From: Candidatus Zhuqueibacterota bacterium | GTDB taxonomy: Bacteria; Zhuqueibacterota; Zhuqueibacteria; Thermofontimicrobiales; Thermofontimicrobiaceae | Direction of reading: 5' to 3' | Length of the DNA stretch: 64,000 nt | Assembly (NCBI GenBank): GCA_049322915.1 | Contig: JBMOPW010000035.1 | Location: 64,001 to 128,000, forward strand | Part shown: piece after piece, positions 58,166 to 64,000 of the stretch | Layout of the letters: each line of letters opens with the position of its first letter | Numbering within the stretch: the stretch's first letter is position 1 | Translations under genes and position numbers: made by a program | Notes under the pieces: model-generated | The model's input: the letters and a program-made list of their open reading frames with translations, nothing else | What the model was told of the DNA's origin: nothing | Databases searched by the model: none

Positions 58166-59014
58166 ATGGACATGGACACCCAAATTGACAATGCAGCAAT
58201 CGAACTACAAAAAGCAGATGCGCTGCTCATAACCGCCGGCGCAGGCATTGGCGTGGATTCCGGACTGCCCGATTTTCGCGGGAACACCGGCTTCTGGAAA
58301 GCTTATCCGCCCATGGCCAGACTGGGGATTTCGTTTCATGAAATGGCCAATCCGCGCTGGTTCGACCAGGATCCCACGTTAGCATGGGGTTTTTATGGCC
58401 ATCGGCTAAATCTCTATCGCTCGACTGAACCGAACGCCGCTTTTTACCAGCTCAAGGAAATAGCCGAAAAAAAGCCGGCCGGCTATTTCATCTTCACCTC
58501 GAATGTGGATGGCCAATTTCAAAAAGCCGGATTCGCAGACGATCGGATTGAAGAATGCCACGGCTCCATCTATCATCTTCAATGCGTCTCCAACTGCAAC
58601 GACACTATCTGGAGGGCCGATGGCATCAATGTGACTGTGGACGAGAACAGCTTCAGGGCGATTCCTCCGCTGCCTTCCTGCCGAACCTGCGCCGGCCTGG
58701 CGCGGCCCAATGTGCTGATGTTCGGCGATTGGACCTGGCTCGCGTACCGCGCTGAAATCCAGGCTGATTCATTTCGAGCATGGCTGCGCCAGGTGGCGAA
58801 AAGCAATGCGCGAATCGTTGTCATCGAAATCGGCGCCGGTGAAAGCGTCCCGACCGTCCGAAGGCGTTCTGAAACTATCGTCGCAAACTTCAACGCGCGC
58901 CTCATCCGCATCAATCCCCGGGATTATGACGCGCCGCGTGACTCTATTTCCATTCCCTGCGGCGCCGCAGAAGGGATGGAAAAAATTTATCAGCAACTTC
59001 AGCACATGGGGTGA
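58166..59014 (+). CDS. Sir2-family NAD-dependent deacylase
   Basis: GAGIGVDSGLPDFRG, TSNVDG, ECHGS, Zn-binding cysteines, RPNVLMF. Confidence 0.9.
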   Translation: MDMDTQIDNAAIELQKADALLITAGAGIGVDSGLPDFRGNTGFWKAYPPMARLGISFHEMANPRWFDQDPTLAWGFYGHRLNLYRSTEPNAAFYQLKEIAEKKPAGYFIFTSNVDGQFQKAGFADDRIEECHGSIYHLQCVSNCNDTIWRADGINVTVDENSFRAIPPLPSCRTCAGLARPNVLMFGDWTWLAYRAEIQADSFRAWLRQVAKSNARIVVIEIGAGESVPTVRRRSETIVANFNARLIRINPRDYDAPRDSISIPCGAAEGMEKIYQQLQHMG

Positions 59015-59073
59015 AATGAGTAGCTATTCGTATTCCCAAAAAATTCAGTCAATATCAACGAAAGGGAGGATTT

Positions 59074-59529
59074 ATGGAATATGAGCACAGACAAACAGCC
59101 TTTGTTATCATTGTCCCAATCACAATTCTTTGCATGATTGCGGTGGCGATTCTACCGGCTTACAACGCGCTTCAGCATCCGACACTGACCGTGGTGATTG
59201 CATTTCTCGTGGCAATGGCTCTTTTTTATGATCTGAAAGTGAAGATAAGCCATAACACAATTTTATGCAGCTTCGGGATCGGGCTGATTCAACGGAGAAT
59301 TCCAATTTCAGAGATCGCCGAAGCGAAGACGGTTCAAAATCCGTGGTATGCAGGATGGGGCATCCGCTGGCTGCCAGGGCAGTACTGGATGTGGAACGTC
59401 TCGGGCCTTCAGGCCGTCGAACTGATCTTTAAGGATGGCCGACGATTTCGGATCGGTACGGATGAACCTGAAAAACTTGCTTCGGCGATTCAGATGAATC
59501 TGTCACTCACGTCCCAGGCAGGCAATTAA
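59074..59529 (+). CDS. Hypothetical membrane protein
   Basis: Two TM plus GWGIR...IGTDEP motif; RBS GGAGG. Confidence 0.7.
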   Translation: MEYEHRQTAFVIIVPITILCMIAVAILPAYNALQHPTLTVVIAFLVAMALFYDLKVKISHNTILCSFGIGLIQRRIPISEIAEAKTVQNPWYAGWGIRWLPGQYWMWNVSGLQAVELIFKDGRRFRIGTDEPEKLASAIQMNLSLTSQAGN

Positions 59530-59572
59530 CTGAAAATGAAACCGCCTCGTTCATTAAACTGGCCATGACATA

Positions 59573-60832
59573 ATGGACACTTCTCATAGATTATCCCGCA
59601 ATATTCGTCTCTTCTATTATCAGCACTTTCTGGTCGGGCTTTCCACGATGTGGGCGCCCATCATCGTCATTTTTCAAATGCAGGCCGTCGGGCTATCGCT
59701 CACTCAGGTCATGGTTGGCGAATCAATTTTTGCAGCGACCATTGTCCTGTTCGAAGTGCCCACCGGCGTGTTCGCCGATCGAATGGGAAGAAAAATGACA
59801 TTGATCGCCGGTATGACGTTCTTTGTCTGCGCAATGGTCGTCTTCACTCTGGCGACCAATTTCGCGCTGGTGATTATCAGCCAGATTCTTTTCGGTCTCG
59901 CCACCGCCTTTCAGTCCGGTGCGGACTCGGCGCTGCTGTTCGATTCGCTGAAAGCACTGAATCAGGAAACTGAATATCAAAAAGTGCTGGGCCGGGCCCA
60001 AACAATCAGTTACCTCACCGCAATTCCCATGAATATTGCAGGCGGGTTGATCGCCGCCCGGTTCGGCTTCCGACTGACGATAGCGCTCTCCACAGTCATC
60101 ACGGCGGTCAGCCTGATCAATTTCTTTATGCTCTTCGAGCCGCCAATCTCAATTGAAGGCAAACGCCCCGGGAAAACAGTGCTCTGGCATACCTGGAAAG
60201 CATCGCGCTATATCTGGAAGCATCGCATGGTGCGCTTCACTATTGGGTTTTCCATGGCCATCGGCCTCGGCATGAAGCTGAGTTTCCACACCATGAATCC
60301 TTTTTGGGAACACTGGCACGTCCCGATCAGCTATTTCGGCTTTGCCTTTGCCGGCTACAACCTGGTCGCGGCGCTGTCTTCTCACTACGCCTATCGGATC
60401 ATCAAAAGGCTGGGCGACCTGACGACGCTGCTCTTCCTTCTGGTGCTGGTGAGCGGCACTTTCTTCCTGATGGGAGGTCTATCGTTTGGAATTCTCGGAG
60501 CATTGCTCATCCCGGCGACGTTTCAAATTGTGCGCTCCCTGGAACCCATTGCTACGGACGATATGGTCAATCGAGTCACGTTCAGCCATCACCGCGCCAC
60601 AGTGCTTTCGCTGAAATCCTTTCTCCGACAGGTCACGCAAATCGCTTTGCTGCCTCTGTTTGGCATTCTTTCGGATTCGTACGGATTGACGAGCGCCTAT
60701 GCCTGGACTGGAGCCTTCGTGGTTCTGACAGGTTTACTGGCCTTGTTTCGACTTCATTCCCTGCCGGCGGATTACCGGCACGGGTTCATTCCCGACAGCG
60801 CAAGAATTGCCGAACAGGAAGCGTCTGAGTGA
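59573..60832 (+). CDS. MFS transporter
   Basis: FEVPTG..ADRMGRK, SGADSALL; about 12 TM. Confidence 0.9.
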   Translation: MDTSHRLSRNIRLFYYQHFLVGLSTMWAPIIVIFQMQAVGLSLTQVMVGESIFAATIVLFEVPTGVFADRMGRKMTLIAGMTFFVCAMVVFTLATNFALVIISQILFGLATAFQSGADSALLFDSLKALNQETEYQKVLGRAQTISYLTAIPMNIAGGLIAARFGFRLTIALSTVITAVSLINFFMLFEPPISIEGKRPGKTVLWHTWKASRYIWKHRMVRFTIGFSMAIGLGMKLSFHTMNPFWEHWHVPISYFGFAFAGYNLVAALSSHYAYRIIKRLGDLTTLLFLLVLVSGTFFLMGGLSFGILGALLIPATFQIVRSLEPIATDDMVNRVTFSHHRATVLSLKSFLRQVTQIALLPLFGILSDSYGLTSAYAWTGAFVVLTGLLALFRLHSLPADYRHGFIPDSARIAEQEASE

Positions 60833-61098
60833 TGAAGAAAGACTGTTCGTTTCAAATTCGTTCGAGCCGTCATTTGCAAAGAATCCGGCGTCAGAGCTAC
60901 ATTCTGTGAATCAGGTTTCCCGGCTGGCATCATCGCGATTGGCTGTCACTCGTTTGGAGCGATCCGCACGACAATCGCAAGGCCATCCGTTCATCTTCCA
61001 TTGATGCAGCATTACGGGAACTATCGACTGCGCGCCGAATTGGCGCCCGGCCAAAAATTCGCTTGCCTAATAGAAATATTTTTGCTAATATTAGCGCT

Positions 61099-62001
61099 AT
61101 GAAACCACGACTCATTGTTCACGGCGGCGCCTGGAGCATTCCTGACGAATACGACGCTGCCCACATGCATGGCGTTCGCGAGGCGATCCGCGCCATCTAC
61201 CCGGAATTGATGAAGGGAATCAGCGCGCTCGATGCGGTGGAATCTGCCGTGAAAGTACTGGAAGAAGATTCCACATTCGACGCCGGCCGCGGCGCATTCC
61301 TCAATGCCGGCGGTGAGATTGAATTGGATGCCATGATAATGGACGGCGCCACATTAAATTTTGGCGCGGTCGCTGCCATCCAGAATATCCTTCACCCCAT
61401 CAGTGTGGCCCGGCTCATCATGGAAAAAACCGAGCACTGTTTTTTGGCTGGCAACGGCGCCCAGCGATTTGCACAACAAGTCGGCTTCTCTCAATTAGAT
61501 CCTATTGCATTGCTCACCGACCGCGAGTTCGCCTTTTTTGAACAGATAAAAAACGACCCGAATTTTACACCGCGGCTCCCATTTGAACCGCATCCCACAG
61601 GGACAGTGGGCGCTGTGGCGCTGGATCGGTACGGGAATCTGGCTGCTGCCACATCCACCGGCGGCACGCCGCGAAAGCTCCCCGGGCGTGTGGGCGATTC
61701 GCCCATTGTCGGCGCCGGCACCTATGCGGACAATCTGACCGGCGCTGCATCAGCCACAGGCTGGGGCGAGTCAATTATGAAAGTCGTATTGAGCAAAACC
61801 GCCTGCGATTTTCTGCCACGTCACACATCTCATGATGCAGCAGACAAGGCCATCCGGATTTTATCCGAGCGCGTCAACGGACTGGGCGGCATCATTCTCA
61901 TTGACCGAAATGGCCAGTATGGCTTCGCTCACAACACGCTGAAAATGGCCTTTGCGTACGCCGGCGATGACCGGGATGTCATCGTGAACATGCGAATCTG
62001 A
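61099..62001 (+). CDS. Isoaspartyl peptidase/L-asparaginase (Ntn hydrolase)
   Basis: IVHGGA, GTVGAVALD, TSTGG, GRVGDSP. Confidence 0.92.
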   Translation: MKPRLIVHGGAWSIPDEYDAAHMHGVREAIRAIYPELMKGISALDAVESAVKVLEEDSTFDAGRGAFLNAGGEIELDAMIMDGATLNFGAVAAIQNILHPISVARLIMEKTEHCFLAGNGAQRFAQQVGFSQLDPIALLTDREFAFFEQIKNDPNFTPRLPFEPHPTGTVGAVALDRYGNLAAATSTGGTPRKLPGRVGDSPIVGAGTYADNLTGAASATGWGESIMKVVLSKTACDFLPRHTSHDAADKAIRILSERVNGLGGIILIDRNGQYGFAHNTLKMAFAYAGDDRDVIVNMRI

Positions 62002-62182
62002 TTCGAACATCACCGGGGCGCTCGGGTATTTTTTTTCACACGCATTCATGAAATGCCGCTTCCGCACTCCGATTCAGCAGACCAGTCTTGCGGCGTTCAT
62101 GCGCCCTGAACTTTTCATTGACATTTTCATTTTTTGAAACTACATTGACTGCAATTATTTTTAGCGCGGCATGTCCCTTTCG

Positions 62183-62211
62183 GGAATAAATCCAATGTAT
62201 AAGTTGTCTAA
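62183..62211 (+). promoter_or_regulatory. Putative ECF-sigma autoregulatory promoter
   Basis: GGAATA-N17-GTCTA just upstream of the ECF sigma gene. Confidence 0.45.
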
Positions 62212-62224
62212 AAAGTAAAACGAC

Positions 62225-62788
62225 ATGGAAGCTCACCACGAGACCGACGAACAACTCATCCAGGACATTCGGGCCGGAGATGATGCTGCGTTCAAAGTAT
62301 TGGTTCAACGCTATGAATCGCGGGTGGCGGCGACGGTCATTGGCATGTTGGGCCGGTGCCCTGAGGCGGAAGACGTTGGTCAGGAGACCTTCATTCGGTT
62401 CTACGATGCGATCGATTCATTTCGCGGGGATTCCTCGGTGGCCACGTACCTGACGCGGATCGCCATGAATCTGTCGCTCAACGAATTGAAGCGGCGCAAG
62501 CGGCGAGCGCTATTTTTTCGGCGCACCGCCGACACCGATCTGAATATTCCCGACGCACATGATGCAAGCGACCATGTCGATAAAAAGGAATTTGTTCAGC
62601 ACGCATTGCAGCGACTGGAGCCCAAATTCAAAGCCGTGCTTGTGCTTCGATTGATTGATGGGTATTCAACCACGGAAACGGCTCACATCCTCAAGCTGCC
62701 CGTGGGGACGGTGCTTTCCCGGCTTGCCCGGGGGCAACAAAAATTGAAGGAGATTTTAACACCAATCATGGAGTTCAACCATGGATAA
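62225..62788 (+). CDS. ECF RNA polymerase sigma factor
   Basis: AEDVGQETF, TYLTRIAMN, PVGTVLSRLARG. Confidence 0.93.
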   Translation: MEAHHETDEQLIQDIRAGDDAAFKVLVQRYESRVAATVIGMLGRCPEAEDVGQETFIRFYDAIDSFRGDSSVATYLTRIAMNLSLNELKRRKRRALFFRRTADTDLNIPDAHDASDHVDKKEFVQHALQRLEPKFKAVLVLRLIDGYSTTETAHILKLPVGTVLSRLARGQQKLKEILTPIMEFNHG

Positions 62789-63206
62789 AAAACTGCTCGA
62801 ATTACTTTATCGGTCAATCGACAGCGTGTTGAGCGAGTCTGAACGCCAGAAGCTGGATCAGGCGCTCAGGGAATCCGCCTCACTTCGCGCGGAGAAAAAG
62901 GCGCTGCTGAAGATGCGCTCTCATCTGCTGCCTGAACAGCCAGTGAAATTTAAGCCGTATTTCGCGGACCGTGTGATGAATCGAATCAACGCCCGGAAAA
63001 CGCCGGCAGTTGTTCAGGATACCTATTTTGACTCATTGTTAGCTCTGGTCAAACCCGTGGCGATCGCGCTGGTCATCATTCTGATTTCGCTGCTGACGTA
63101 CAATCTGAAATCAACGAAAAATTACACGCTGGCCGGAGCAATGGGACAGGAACTCGCTCAGTTGGAGCATGCAATCGATCCGGCGTATCTGATTGAAACG
63201 GAGTAA
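62781..63206 (+). CDS. Putative anti-sigma factor (single TM)
   Basis: Overlaps the ECF gene; cytoplasmic N-terminal domain plus one TM. Confidence 0.7.
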   Translation: MDKKLLELLYRSIDSVLSESERQKLDQALRESASLRAEKKALLKMRSHLLPEQPVKFKPYFADRVMNRINARKTPAVVQDTYFDSLLALVKPVAIALVIILISLLTYNLKSTKNYTLAGAMGQELAQLEHAIDPAYLIETE

Positions 63207-63210
63207 TGCC

Positions 63211-63729
63211 ATGAAGATAAAAACCAAGCCTTTAATCCATCTATTGCTGATTTTCATTTTAGGCGCATTCATCGGGGTTGTCGTCGACAGAACCGTGATC
63301 GAGAAGCAGATGCGCAAGCGCTTCGTCAAGTTCGAGGATCCTGAATTCATGAAACGCGTCATGTTCCGCATCGTCCAGCCGACTGAAAAACAACGCGAAC
63401 AAATCGATTCGATCATGGATAAGTACAGTGTCCGCCTGAATAAGCTCCGGTTCACCATGCGCCAGGAAGCAACGACGATGATCGACTCATTGAAAAATGA
63501 GCTTTCTCCAGTTTTAACCGATGAACAAAAGCAACGGATGGAGGAGCATCAGAAGAAAATGATGCAGGGCAGTAAGTTTGGATTCCCATTTCCGAAACCC
63601 GGCGCTCCGTTTCCGCGCGACGGATTTGATCCGCAGCTTCGGCCCCAGCCGCCGGACAGCTCCTTTCATCCGGATCCCCACCAGGGACAGCAGCCCCGGC
63701 CGGATCGCCGGATGCCCCACAAAAATTAA
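63211..63729 (+). CDS. Spy/CpxP-like helical periplasmic protein
   Basis: N-terminal TM, PTEKQ and LTDEQ motifs, Pro-rich tail; third gene of the ECF cluster. Confidence 0.65.
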   Translation: MKIKTKPLIHLLLIFILGAFIGVVVDRTVIEKQMRKRFVKFEDPEFMKRVMFRIVQPTEKQREQIDSIMDKYSVRLNKLRFTMRQEATTMIDSLKNELSPVLTDEQKQRMEEHQKKMMQGSKFGFPFPKPGAPFPRDGFDPQLRPQPPDSSFHPDPHQGQQPRPDRRMPHKN

Positions 63730-63745
63730 TCGATGATCAGACATG

Positions 63746-63781
63746 AAACGCTCCCGGAAATTTTGGGAGCGTTTTCATTTT
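63746..63781 (+). terminator. Intrinsic terminator
   Basis: AAACGCTCCC-N9-GGGAGCGTTTTCATTTT. Confidence 0.7.
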
Positions 63782-64000
63782 AGTCCAGCCGATTCCTCTT
63801 TCAAAACCAATGACTCACAGGCGTCGCAGAGAAGCCTGCCGAACAGCACCGTCACTCCCAATTTCAAACGCAGCAATAAATTTCGCCAAGGATGTACTCC
63901 TGCCGCCGGCAGCCCTCCCTCATCCCGACTTTTTTTACATTTTTTCATTCCCGGGGAATATTTCTGAATTTGCAATTGTCAAACAGTCAAAATCAACAAG

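Overview
This is a bacterial window with no rRNA, tRNA or CRISPR array. FlgD/T9SS-type 'NYPNPFNPST' C-terminal domains, TonB receptors and selenocysteine use suggest an FCB-related anaerobe such as KSB1 or Calditrichota (inference). Bases 600-33000 form a large anaerobic-respiration island with five parts. (1) An 11-heme cytochrome c/cytochrome b fusion. (2) A PAS sigma-54 activator. (3) An operon encoding a probable UGA-readthrough (selenocysteine) multiheme lipoprotein, a tandem rhodanese lipoprotein, a beta-barrel porin and 12- and 4-heme cytochromes. (4) Two heme-motif sensor kinases with REC/GcvH-like partners, next to an Hmc/Hyb-like membrane complex. (5) A Sec-containing formate dehydrogenase operon whose leader carries an unannotated 49-codon ORF with two UGA codons and a SECIS-like hairpin. 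Downstream are a Moco riboswitch in front of a lipoprotein and TonB receptor, a NikR-regulated TonB/ECF operon, a 151-bp MITE, and housekeeping or signalling genes (RND permease, two-component system, CHASE2 cyclase, dapF, lysA, sirtuin, MFS, asparaginase, ECF sigma cluster).
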